DNA of 64,000 nucleotides from Octopus bimaculoides (Eukaryota): assembly GCF_001194135.2 (NCBI RefSeq), contig NC_068994.1, forward strand, positions 15,167,796-15,231,795. Direction: 5' to 3'. This document shows positions 13,171 through 24,640 of this stretch, in pieces; the stretch's first letter is position 1, and each line of letters starts with the position of its first letter. The translations under genes were made by a program, and so were the position numbers. Under the pieces are notes generated by a model. That model was given only the letters and a program-made list of their open reading frames with translations, ran no database searches and had not been told where the DNA came from.

Positions 13171-14199
13171 TGATGTGTGCACAAGCACTCAGAGTTGTAT
13201 AACTCTGAGTACATTAAAATGAACTTCATTTGAATGACTCTAAGGAAGCTATAAGATGTTGCACAAGCACTTAACTTTGAGTGGTATGCTTCTTATAGCA
13301 GAAACAGCTGTAATTTAATGAAGATGATTTTGTAACTCATGTTCTTTTGTCATTCAGTAATTAATATTATGCTCTGTACTCTCCAGACCATTTTACTCTA
13401 GATCATATGTATACTGAATTCTAACAAGCAGTTATTAATATCACAATGTCTAAGTAAAATCACAAAATGTATGTGTTTGTGTGTATGTGATATGACCTTT
13501 TTACAACGGTTTTTTTTCTTCTTTTTTTTCTTTTGACATTTTGGCATATTCCATTATATCTAATTCAGACTGAGTCAATCTGTTCATTGATAACCTATTG
13601 GTAATTCACCTTTCACTTTGTATGAATGACTTAAGACATTCTTATTTTTCTTCATCACCTGCAAATAGCCTTTACTATTTCAGTTCAATATAATTACATT
13701 GATAACTTATTTGTTCAGTAGATCACTTATATTAAACCATATTAACTTTTTCCTGACTTTATTATTAATGTTTTTACTCACAACAATTTTTTTTTGTAAC
13801 ATCAACCACTGCAGGTGGAGTTTTAATGCATTTAGCACAGTAAAACAGTGAAAAATGAAGCAGATAAAAGGTAGAAAAAAAAAAGAATGAAGCAAAAATA
13901 CAACAGTTTCAGTTAATCAGATAATTGTTAATGCATTTAGAATATTCGAAATATAAAAATGATATGGTTAATGGTTGTATACTCGCATGGTTAGTGGACT
14001 AAAGATTTACTTGTCTGATATTGAGTGAAGTGTGATACTAGCACAGTCAAATGCTATATTGTCAAGTTTATTGTTACAGAAAACCTTTTAGTATAAGTTA
14101 TATAACTTCCATTGTATGAGGAATAGTCTGGATATGTAGAAGGAAAACACATTTGTGAGTCTGGGCTAAAGGAGTAAGCAGCTAGCTTGTTTAGAAAAG

Positions 14200-14400
14200 C
14201 AGTCTGTTGTAGTTACAATTGAAGAGGTAGAAGAGACAATATGTCTTTGTCAATTGGCCAAATTGCCTTTTATTTATGTGTGTTAGAATGTTTGTTTTTG
14301 AGTATGTAATAGCACCATCCTGTATAAATATGGATTTCATATGAACTTTCTTGAGAATCGGGTACTTTGTGGGGCTAAAGATATTTTTTGTCTTTGAGAG
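14200..14400 (-). pseudogene. Possible highly decayed Tc1/mariner transposase DD-domain remnant
   Basis: Minus-strand IFIQDGA resembles F.QDGAP, with a WP-like motif downstream. Weak. Confidence 0.3.
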
Positions 14401-14567
14401 GAAGCTTAGTCTTTGGGGTGCAGTTTTGGCAATGTTATTGTATAAAAGACCAAACATTTTAAAGGTTTTGCATGTAGTTTATGTATATGGAGGGTAGCAA
14501 TTTTAATTTTGATACTGTTGATGGAGACTAGGTTGTCATCTTACTACTGTGTGTTTGTCTATTATAC

Positions 14568-14775
14568 TTAACCCTTTAGCATCCAGATTATTGTCAAATG
14601 TAATCCTTATTTAGTCACATCGTTTTCAGTTAATCATGCATTATCTCATAGCTTTGAGATTTTGATGATCTGATTGTTTATTTTAAGACTGACATTTTAA
14701 GACTGGCCAGTTTTCACATAGTAACAACTGGAATATTTAAGCTGGATATGGCCGGTTTAAACTCTAAAGGATTAA
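14568..14775 (+). mobile_element. piggyBac-type MITE, copy 3 (small internal deletion)
   Basis: ttaaccctttagcatccagatt...ggatatggccggtttaaactctaaaggattaa. Confidence 0.85.
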
Positions 14776-15983
14776 GCACCTAATTACTGGTTCTATGTAT
14801 TAAACGTATTCAAAATCACTATCTTGACAGAGATGACTTTTTTTTTTAACAGTTTCCATGTAAAGCTCCTATATGATTAGTACAGTACCATATCTTCTAT
14901 CATTGAATTCAATGTCAAAAATAGAAATTGAAATGTTGGAAACAATCAAAAAATGAGAAAAACCATTGAGACTAAATGCATCTGAGCTAGTCAAAATGCT
15001 TTCATTGCTTTTTACTACTCAAATCTTAATCACTAGTGAATTGAAGCAGTTTATTTTGTTTCATTTTGTATGAAATTGCAGTTAGCTTTATTTTACTGCT
15101 TTATATATTTTATTATCTTTTTCCATTACCAAAAACAAAAAAAAGAGAAAAAAATGCTCTTCCAAGCTAAAAATTCACTCTTGGAAATTAGGTTTGGCTT
15201 GTTTCAGGTCAGGTTGTAGATTTAAAATATTTCAGTTGGCAGTTTCATTCCAGCAGTTATAGAACAAATTAACTTTCTAGAAGGTTCCGTTTTAGTGTTG
15301 TTCTTAGAAATGCTCTTAGAAAACTTGGTGACTAATTTCTTTTGAATATAGTACTGATGTTGAAACCAAATATTCAGCATTCATTGTGGGCAAATCATTG
15401 CTATTATAAAAGAAATCATTATTTTTAGTGGACAAGTAGTATAAAAGAAAGAAAGGGTATGGAGAAGGGATTTCTCTTCATTATACAGCATGCATTAGTG
15501 ATATTTCAAAGAGTCACAAAGCAGTTATCTGTTGTTGGTTTAACTTTTTCATGTATTTTAGGAAAACTTTCCATGTAGGATGAATTTTATTAATTCATTC
15601 AGGCTACATGGGCACACAAGCATGCACATACACACACACACAGAGTATTTAATTAGATCACTAGGGTGAAATGCTTCCGTAGATGTTTTTTTGCTTTAAA
15701 GCAACTGCCAGGAACAGTAGTCAAATCTTCAAATCAAATTCTACCATGTTAGAAAAAATAGCATGAGATAAAGTAGTTATAGATGGGGAAGTGGTTCCAG
15801 TTGGAATGTTTTTGATACAGGCTTACTAAATAAAGGCTGACTCAAGGCAAAACAGCTACTAATTCAAGAATTAGTCTTATTCATTTTGTTATCAAGCTCA
15901 AATGCAAAATTTTAAATGAGATGCATAATGAACAGTTAAAATTTAAAGAGTTTTATCAAATAATTCCTCATTTGATTACCACT

Positions 15984-16206
15984 TTAACCCTTTAGCATTC
16001 AGATTACCCTGTCAAATATAATGCTTATTTATTCACATTGTTTTGAATTAGTTACGCATTATCTCATAGCTTCAAGATTTTGATGATGTGATTGTTTAGT
16101 GTAGAATAACATTGTGAGGTCGGTGGGAGAAGCCAAATCATGCCAGTTTGAACGTAAAACAGAATTTTGGGGTCAGATATGGTCAGTTTAAATACTTGAG
16201 GGTTAA
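15984..16206 (+). mobile_element. piggyBac-type MITE, copy 4
   Basis: ttaaccctttagcattcagatt...gtttaaatacttgagggttaa. Confidence 0.9.
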
Positions 16207-16227
16207 ATTATTTCCGTTTGTTATTTA

Positions 16228-16442
16228 TTTACTATGTCATTTAAGCCAGTCATATCCAGCCAAAATATTATACCTGTTAAATGTTCAATCCAGCCACTTT
16301 TAGATCAACCCTATAATATCAATCTAAAAATAAACAACCACATTGTCAAAATCACACTGCTATGAGATAATGTATGCCTAATACAAAAGAATTGATTAAA
16401 TAAGCATTATATTTGACAATAATCTGAATGCTAAAAGGTTAA
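16228..16442 (-). mobile_element. piggyBac-type MITE, copy 5, inverted and adjacent to copy 4
   Basis: cattt aagccagtcatatccagccaaaat...aatctgaatgctaaaaggttaa. The left TIR is decayed. Confidence 0.8.
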
Positions 16443-17089
16443 ACATGGATTAAACACTTAGTTTTATCTTGACATATCATGAAAAAATTAGATATATATG
16501 TATATTCACTTCACTCAGGCAAATGAGTGTTAGCATGAAGCATCAGGTTAGCTTTAGTTAGACAACTTAAATGTTTATTAAACATGCCATTAAACACTTC
16601 ACACTAGAAATATCATATTGGTTTCAGTTAGACATGTCAGACTGAAAAATCCATTATCTTTTTTAACAATGTGAGTCAGCTTAATAGTTTTGTTCTAGAT
16701 TCAGATATGTGATTCAGATTAGTAGTCTTGTAGATTCTGTTATGCTAATTAACTCCATAGTTTTGTGCCAGTTTTGATTGTGCTTCAGCCTTGTATTCCT
16801 GCAAATCAGCCTAGCATAATATTCTTTTATTAGTTTCTGTCTTTGGACTACAGCTATGCTGAAACACTACCTTCTAGGGTTTTCGTCAAATATATTGACC
16901 TTAGTGTGTTTTTGTCTGCTTTATCAGCCTCTAAGGATAAAAAAATACTCCACCAACTGAAGGAAGGTAACTGAGATGATAATTAATCTTAATACTGGAA
17001 GATATTTTCATTCAACTCTCTGATTTTTTTTTTTTTTTTTTTTCATATTCCCCCACTTCCATGCATGCGTGCGCACACATCCACACATC

Positions 17090-17225
17090 CACTGGCCTTC
17101 TGTGCAGTTTCAATCTACTACACACTTCACTAGCAAGGTACTGGTTGGCCAACGGCTGTATTAAAGGATGCTCAAGACACCTTGCAATGGCATCAAAGCC
17201 AAGGTTCAAGGTTGCAAAACAGACT
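17090..17225 (-). mobile_element. Old tRNA-derived SINE fragment (family of 48167/62050)
   Basis: Degenerate match to the reverse complement of the head/core: gcagtttcaatctac...caaggtactggttggcc...ctcaagacacc. Confidence 0.5.
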
Positions 17226-18421
17226 TGACCAAAACTTGCTGCTGGTAGGATTTACAACTGTACAGCCATAACCTACTGGACTTCAAAGGCTACAACTTAA
17301 CCACTCAGGCATGGAGTTGGCCTATTGTTATATTAGCTTTTGGGTATGATAGTCAGCCATGTTCTGTTATTTCCTGAATGGCTTTAGTTAATATCAGTTG
17401 GCATGTATATAAAACTGTCATATGGCCATTCTGCTGTTTGGAGTAATGTTTTATCTTATTTCTTATATGTTTATATATTTTCTTGGTCTAGTGTCATTGA
17501 AAAAATGCTTCACTATATTATTTATCAATCATTTTGAAGATATTCTTTATGAACAACTTCTCTTCAAGGAAGATACTTGGCATTTCTTTTGTCTTGATCT
17601 TTCTCAAATGTCTTAATATTGGCTTGATGATTTAACTTGGGTTGTCAAGAAATCAAATGTCACAACTAATTTCAAATGATTCATTTGTACTTCATATGCT
17701 GGGATTTTCAGATCATTGGCTATAAATGGAATTACAATAAGCTAAGTACTTCATACTTTGTTTTCTAAAGAACATATTGTTCCAGTGATTATGACAGCAA
17801 TAATAATAATAATAATAATAATGATGATGATGGTAATAGTAATGTTGTATTAAAAAAAGAGAAAAACAAAGCATTGTTTACATTACTTCCTTTTTTTTTT
17901 TTTTTTTTAAAGATGTAAAACTCTAATAGATTTGTTTTTACTGTTCTTAATTTTACTTGATGTCAACTATACATGTAAAAAAGTTTATGAAACTATGCAG
18001 AAAAAGGTACCAACAGTATCCATTGATAACAAGATTGATATAAAAAAAAGCAAAAAGAAACTAAATGTTTGATTTTACTGACTGTAAGTAATGCCTCAAC
18101 ATTTATATATATATATATATATATATGGTCCATACATCCGTATTGAAATCTTTCATATCTCAATTATATAGATATTAAGAGTAATTACCCAGAGAAAAAT
18201 ATTCAGCTAAATGGAGACAACCTCTAAACCAATAACTATAATCACGAGGGAATTTACTCCAAAGAAAAAGCAAAAATTCAGGGATCTAGTGCAGAAGTTG
18301 TTTTTAGCTTGGAAACTTCGTTATTATCCATGCTGATTTTTCTTTCATTATTTTCTTTAATGTTTATATTATTTATATTATTTACATTTGATGGATATTT
18401 GTCTTCATCTTGTTTGTTTTT

Positions 18422-18467
18422 AACACAACGTTTTGACTGATATACCCTCCAGCCTTCATCAAGTGTC
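18422..18467 (-). ncRNA. Minimal type-I hammerhead ribozyme motif (degenerate) in the PLE pLTR
   Basis: Minus strand: gacac-tTGATGA-a-ggctg gagggtatat cagtc-aAAA-cgt-t-gtgtt. Stem I is gacac/gtgtt, stem II is ggctg/cagtc and stem III is the palindrome ACGT. The core C3 and the G of GAAA are mutated. Confidence 0.75.
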
Positions 18468-18534
18468 TTGGGGAAATTTTGAACCTGGGGTCTCATTCCT
18501 AAAGTATTTTTCGATGTTGTTATTATTATTATTC

Positions 18535-18607
18535 AGGTCACTGACTGGAATCGAACTCGGAATCTTGGGGTTAGTAGCCCGCACTCTTAACCACTACACC
18601 ATATGCC
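18535..18607 (-). pseudogene. tRNA-like sequence with Pol III A and B boxes embedded in the PLE 3' region
   Basis: Minus strand: ggcata TGGTGTAGTGG ttaagagt gcggg ctactaa cccc aagattccg AGTTCGATTCC agtcagtgacc. The anticodon-like arm has a 7-nt loop; the acceptor stem is imperfect. It is followed by (aat)n. Confidence 0.75.
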
Positions 18608-19089
18608 TGTGGGCAATTATGGAGTGAAGTTTAGGGCTTATAAATCTAATATTCTCCTATCCTTCCTTAATACCAGTTCGCATATGATGGTCATATCTGC
18701 ACTCGGTCTGCTTAGGAGATTGTTGTTTCCTAGCATATGCGCTGCTGCTTTTGGTTTTCGTATTTTCCAGCAGTGTTCTTTGTCTATTATTTTAACTTCA
18801 TCCTACAGGGGGAGGTGGTCTCCAGTTTTCCATACATGATCAGCTATACCCGATTTATCAATATCTCCCCGTGTCACAGCTTTGCGATGTTCCTCTACTC
18901 TTATTTTGAGGGGGCGGCATGTTTTGCCTTTATATAACCTACCGCAGCTGCATGGGATGGAGTACATGCAGTTCTTGGTCATATTCTTTTCTATTGGTGG
19001 TTTTACTCGAAGGAGATATTTGCCAAGTGTTGTATTACTTTTGAATATTGTCCTTAGGAATGAGAACCCAGGTTCGAAATTTCCCCCAA

Positions 19090-19132
19090 GACACCTGATG
19101 AAGGCTGGAGGGTATATCAGCCAAAACATGTT
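19090..19132 (+). ncRNA. Hammerhead ribozyme motif (degenerate) in the inverted pLTR, sense to the REEP pre-mRNA
   Basis: gacac-CTGATGA-a-ggctg gagggtatat cagcc-aAAAC-atgtt. CUGAUGA and stem II are intact, GAAA has become AAAA, and stem III is partly deleted. Confidence 0.7.
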
Positions 19133-19401
19133 AACAACAAACAAGATGAGGACAAATATCCGTCAAATGTAAATAATGTTTAAATTAATATAAGGTAGTA
19201 AAATTGTGTAGTATACAAACTACATTTTTCTTATGTGTTTGTGTGTGTTTGTGGGGGGTGTTTAAGGTGGGAGCATTTACATAGTAAACTGTTAAAGGAG
19301 GTACAGCAGTATTTTACTGGTATTAATTTTTATCAACTACATAAACAAGCAGCAAAAGGCAGGATTTTAACTTAAGAACCGTGCTGTACCAAATGAAATA
19401 C

Positions 19402-19626
19402 TTCAGCTCTTTAGTCTTTAAGCTGGCCATATCTGGCTCAAATATTCTACCTAATTTATGTTTAAACCAGTCAGATCCAGCCTCTCACACTTACCCTATA
19501 ATGTCATTCTAAAAATAAACAATCATATAATCGAAATCTTAAAGCTACGAGATAATGTGTAATTCAAAACAATGTGAACAAATAAGCATCACATTTGACA
19601 GAGTAACCTGAATGTTAAAGGGTTGA
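19402..19626 (-). mobile_element. piggyBac-type MITE, copy 6
   Basis: ctctttagtctttaagctggccatatctgg...cctgaatgttaaagggttgaa. Confidence 0.85.
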
Positions 19627-21853
19627 AGTATCTACTTTTCTATGAAAGTATTCTTGATGCAAAGGAAATTTAGCCTTACATCAGACATGGATAAGTGGAC
19701 TGATAACCAGAAACATTTGGCTATTAGCAGCTTGTTTATTTTTTTAACGTGCTATTTCTCTTCCTTTCAAATTGTTATGACAGTAGAGTGTGATTGGATG
19801 GAAGTTTGGATGCTATTTCTAGCAGATCAAGTAACTATGTAGATACCTTCTGTTTGCTTGAAGAAAATATAGTTTTAACTGGTGATAGAATTCGGTTTGC
19901 TTGCTGCCAAATAGTAATGATTCTGTACATGGGTGCAGTGCTGTAAAGTATTAGGTAGAAGCAACTGCAAATTTTTTAATTTCCTTAGGGGCATTGTGGT
20001 GGTTCTTATTAGATAACATTAATTTTGCTAAAAACTTACCAGATCTTAACCTACAGGCTACCTCTTTAATTTACTTCGTATATTTAGCACAAGGTATTTG
20101 TGAAGGAGATGTAAAGACAAGTGAATTGATTGCAGTACAAACCTGTTATTTTATTAACCCCTAGAAGGATGAAAGGTGAAACGAACCATGGTAGAAAAGG
20201 AATGAGAATATAGAACATCAAAGCTAAATACTGTAAGGCAAGACCAATGTTCTGTAATTTTATCAACCTCTTTAATAATAAGGAATAATTAATAATACTG
20301 CTGACAATTGTACAGATGTGTTCTCTCTCATTTAGTTTTTACTCATTTTCTCCATTGCTGTAACATCTAGCTTTCCAGAATATTTTATGGATTATCTAAA
20401 AAGAAATATTAACTGAAGCACCCAGCTCACAGTAATCTATAGGCAACACACTGTTTTTCATGTTATCTAAATAACATGTTAGCTTGACTAAACAAGTGAG
20501 TTTAGTCTAGTTTAATACCTTTATGAAATTAGGATAGGTGATTTCCTGAAAACAGTGTTGCCAATTTTTTTTTTCCTTTCCCCTGGGGTCATCTTTGCTT
20601 TGTCTTGTTCCAGAGATGATAAAAGGGACTTGATGCTGTCATTTAATTAATACTTTCTCATAAAGTTGACCTTCTGCTCAAGAAGAAAACCACCATTTTG
20701 TTCATATATGCTGTAAATGGCTGGAAAATTTGTAAAAGAAGTGAATAGAAAAAAATCATACAAATAAACTAGAGGCACTGTTTCAAATGGGCTTATGTGA
20801 GTAATACATGGTAATGTATGACATGGAGAATGCAGTGTTATAACTTGGTAAAAAACTTCCATATAATTGTGTGAAAGAGATTTTCAGGAATAATAAAAGA
20901 AAAAAAGGAAGGACATTGAGCTGGAGGCAATGGCTTTTAGTGGGATAATGTTTGACAGACAAGTTTAATATGTTACATTGGTGCTTAATTAAAATTAATA
21001 ATGCACATGTACATTTTTGTACTGCAAAGGGTATATGAATTGAATGTGTAAAATCTTCATATTCAGTTAAATTGAGGTATGAACATTTTGTAAAAAAAAA
21101 AAAATTGCTTTTCTCTTATTTATTATGTAACTTCTTTTGTGTGTAGTTTAATTGGAATGTGTGAGTTTGGACAGCTTATCCTAGCACTAACTATTTAACA
21201 TGAATTGAAGCTGAGTAAATTTATCACTGTATCAGTACTAATAACAATGGCAAGTGTGGATACAGAGAATGAATGATTGAGTATAGTAAGGAAATGGGGT
21301 GGTGTAAGGTGTAGGCTCAGAAAGTAAGGAGCTACTCTGATAGCAGGCTACATTGAAGCTGACTAGAAGGCCAAGAAGAATGAGATATGGAAGGCAAATA
21401 ACAGGGTCTGAAATAATTTATTATAGACCAGGTGTCCAAAACACAAAAGGGGACAGTTCTTGCCCCTATGACTGATGTACTCTTCTATTTCTCCAATGCA
21501 TCAGGGAGCAGCAGATAAGGGCTGGCTGGAGTGTCAAGTTGCAGTCAGCTGAAAGCTTGATAAAAACAATGCCTTTGGCAGAGATTAAAATTTCATAGAA
21601 ATAAAATGGCTAAAGGAAGCTAGTTCTTGCAAACCATTGTCTGTAATAGTAAATTGTTATTCTCCGTATTTTTAAGGAGCCTCTCTTAAAAGTGCATTTG
21701 TTACTTTTATGTAGGTCTGTGGCAGATGAATTTAACATTTGTAGCAGGGACCAAATTTAAAGATTCTACCCCTTTATCTTATTTCATATACAAAGGATAT
21801 TCAGCTTGAAGGGTGGGTGTAATAAAAAAGACTATGTACATTCTAGTACTAAG

Positions 21854-21891
<38 letters not shown>

Positions 21892-21903
21892 ATTATTATT
21901 TAA

Positions 21904-22072
21904 GACTGAGTTGGTGGAATTGTTAGCATGTCGGACAATTGTTAGCATTTTATCTGTCTTTACGTTCCAAGTTCAAATTCTGCTGAAGCCAAATTTACCT
22001 TTCATTTTTCGCGGTTGATGTAATCAACTAATCTCTTCAGGCCTTGTGCCTATTGTGGAATTATTATTATTA
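21904..22072 (+). mobile_element. tRNA-derived SINE (family with an ...gcctttcatcc...gtcgat core), internally deleted
   Basis: gagttggtggaattgttagcatgtcgg...gttcaaattctgc...ggccttgtgcc followed by an (att)n tail. Confidence 0.7.
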
Positions 22073-22084
22073 TTGGTAGTGGTT

Positions 22085-22115
<31 letters not shown>

Positions 22116-22641
22116 AATTTTTGGTGGAATTTATTCATAATTTCTTTTGGAGAAATGAAGTCCCCTGCTGTTTGTAACATTTTTTCATAGTTCATACTAC
22201 AAGATGAAATTGGTATCGTATATACTTTAACCCAAAGCCATAAAATTAGCTGGAGAGATGACTGAATAAATTCTAGCATATAATGGATGCTTTTAAAAAA
22301 AATTTCTAATTTATTAATTCTTATTTTCAACTCTGAGGGTTGAAAGACAAATTCAGCTTCAGTAAGATTTGAACTTGGAACACAGAGAATCAAAAGTAAA
22401 TTATCTTTTTATTTTCTTTATTTATTTTTTTTTTTTCAATTCAATTAAAATGAAATGGTTTCACAGATTGTAACAGTCACTTTCTTAACATGAGATTCCG
22501 GTAGTTTTCTTTCCTTAATTTGTATAACCATTGGCAAAACTGTTGCTATGGGATAACACTTTGTTGCTCAATCTGGTTAAAACAAAACAAACGACTTATT
22601 GGATCTCTGATTAAATAAACTCATTCAGTTGCTTTTAACAT

Positions 22642-23089
22642 TTAACTCTTTAGCATTCAGATCACTCTGTCAAATGTAAGACTTACTCACATAACTTGGA
22701 ATTAATCATGTGTTATCTCATGACTTCAAGATTTCAGTGACATCATTGAAATTTTTAGAATTACATTGTAGAGTAGATATGAGGGGCTGCATGCTGCCAG
22801 TTTGAATATAAAACAGGTAGAATATTTGGGTTGGATATGGCTGGTTTAACCCTTTAGCATTTAAACCGGCCATATCCGGCCAAAAGTATTCTGCCTGTTT
22901 TATGTTCAAACTGGCCAGATCTGGTCGCTCACACCAGCCCTACAATTTTGTTTTTAAAATTAACAGCTACCTCATCAAAATCTCATAGCTACAAGATAAT
23001 GCATGATTAGTTCAAAACAATGTGGATAAAAAAGCATTAATTTTGGCAGAATAATGCGAACACTAAAGGGTTAAATGCTAGAGGGTGAA
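22642..23089 (+). mobile_element. piggyBac-type MITE, copy 7 (outer), interrupted by copy 8
   Basis: ttaactctttagcattcag...ggatatggctggtTTAA [insert] TTAAatgctagaggg tgaa. Confidence 0.9.
22846..23074 (-). mobile_element. piggyBac-type MITE, copy 8, nested in the internal TTAA of copy 7
   Basis: TTAA(22846-49)-ccctttagcatttaaaccggcc...cactaaaggg-TTAA(23071-74). Confidence 0.92.
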
Positions 23090-24458
23090 AGGACTTTCCA
23101 CTTCCTCTGAAGAACCAGATAATTTTTCAATTGCTTTACTCACTATCTCTGCTGCTTGACACCTCACCCATTTCCCTGTTGGTTTAACAGACAGTGTACT
23201 TGTCATATTGAACACCAATTGCAGCTTCATTCATATGGACTTCTCTTTCCGTGTGTATGTGTGTGTGTATGTGTTGGCCAAACATCTACTGGCCTATGTT
23301 CGCTGTTTCTCTTCTGAAGAGATACACTTGATGTTTAACTTCCAACCTGGCTTCCAGCTATCATTTTAAACAGATTTTCTATTCCTTCTAATTTTTGCTG
23401 CTAACTCTCACTTACTACTCTACTACTGTACTATCGATGCTTTGGCTAAGATTCTTCTCCAATCTACAAAATTATTAATAGCTTACAAACTGGCTGACTC
23501 ATACTCTGTCCGTTCTGTAAGAATTATCTATTTTTTCACTATCCAAATAATTATTGGGTAGCTTAGATTTAGGCTGTGATCCTGGTGTGTGTCACATAAG
23601 GGAGATTTGGTTATTTGTAGCAGACTGAGCAACCATACTGAGGCTCCCTAGTTAACTAACAATTATGCTTGCTTTCTTCATCTCCAGGTATGACCATTAA
23701 ATTTTCCTGTAGTGATTCTACCTGAAGGATTCTAAGATAGCACAAGAATCTTGAAGATTTTTTTTTTTTGTCCCTTTGTAATATATGTTAATGGTATACA
23801 AAGTACTAAAATGCTTTACTGTTGCATAGCCTAAGGGCTTCTTAATTTTAACAACTGTTATAAATCCACATACATCTTCATCTGCTGCTATAACATGAGA
23901 TTGTCTAGTTCTGCTTTAAGTATATTTTGGAGAAGTAACATTAACAAAAACCATTGTAGACTCTATTCATACCCACTGCTTTGCTGGTTACTGTTTATAG
24001 CAGCAGTGTTTTCCTATTGTTTTAAAACAAGCAGTTGGAATAAAATTATTAAACATTTCTTAAAATACTTCATTTTAAAAATTTATTGATCAGAAGTTTA
24101 TACAAATTATTTATAAAAGAAATGTAATTGTTAATAATAGTTTTGAAATTTTACTGTGTTGAACTTTTTTCTAAATAGAAGCTTTTATTCTAATAAGCAT
24201 TACAGTGGTAATGGTGGTGGTGGGTAATGTTAACAAATCATAATGTTTGGTAAATAACACTTGAAAAAAAAACAACATATTTGTTATGTTGTCAGTAACA
24301 AAAATTGTTTATTGCTTTGAGAATATGGCAATATTTTCAATAAATTGTAGTGGTTTCAAGAAGAATGTATCACCCGCTTAAAAAGTTATCACGAAATATG
24401 ATAGGTAACTAAAATATGTAAGCGTTTAGAAAATTGTATGAAACTATATATATATATA

Positions 24459-24610
24459 NNNNNNNNNNNNNNNNNNNNNNNNNNNNNNNNNNNNNNNNNN
24501 NNNNNNNNNNNNNNNNNNNNNNNNNNNNNNNNNNNNNNNNNNNNNNNNNNNNNNNNNNNNNNNNNNNNNNNNNNNNNNNNNNNNNNNNNNNNNNNNNNNN
24601 NNNNNNNNNN
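24459..24610. other. Assembly gap (152 N) after a (TA)n run
   Basis: N run. Confidence 1.
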
Positions 24611-24640
24611 GAAGAAGAGCTTTGCTCGAAACGTAAAGCC
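24611..24640 (+). ncRNA. Minimal hammerhead ribozyme motif, 5' end hidden in the gap; probably in a PLE pLTR continuing to about 24720
   Basis: [NN]GAAGA-a-gagc ttt gctc-GAAA-cgt-A-aagcc. This gives (CU)GAAGA, a 4-bp stem II, GAAA, palindromic stem III ACGT and a GUA cleavage triplet. The first two core nucleotides and the stem I 5' strand are not visible. Confidence 0.65.

Larger units (their letters stand above)
18381..19185 (-). mobile_element. 5'-truncated Penelope-like element: GIY-YIG endonuclease 3' end, 3' pLTR (18381-18505) and inverted pLTR (about 19052-19185)
   Basis: Minus-strand MYSIPCSCGRLYKGKTCRPLKIRVEEHRKAV..GDIDKSGIADHVW...WDEVKIIDKE, with a stop at 18638-40. This is a Penelope/Poseidon-type GIY-YIG. 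The same roughly 130-nt terminal unit is present at both ends in opposite orientation. Confidence 0.9.

Noticed and set aside
18535-18607. Functional tRNA-Ser(ACT) gene
   Set aside because: The acceptor stem does not pair, there is no long variable arm, no poly-T terminator follows, and it sits within a retroelement. Treated as tRNA-derived only.
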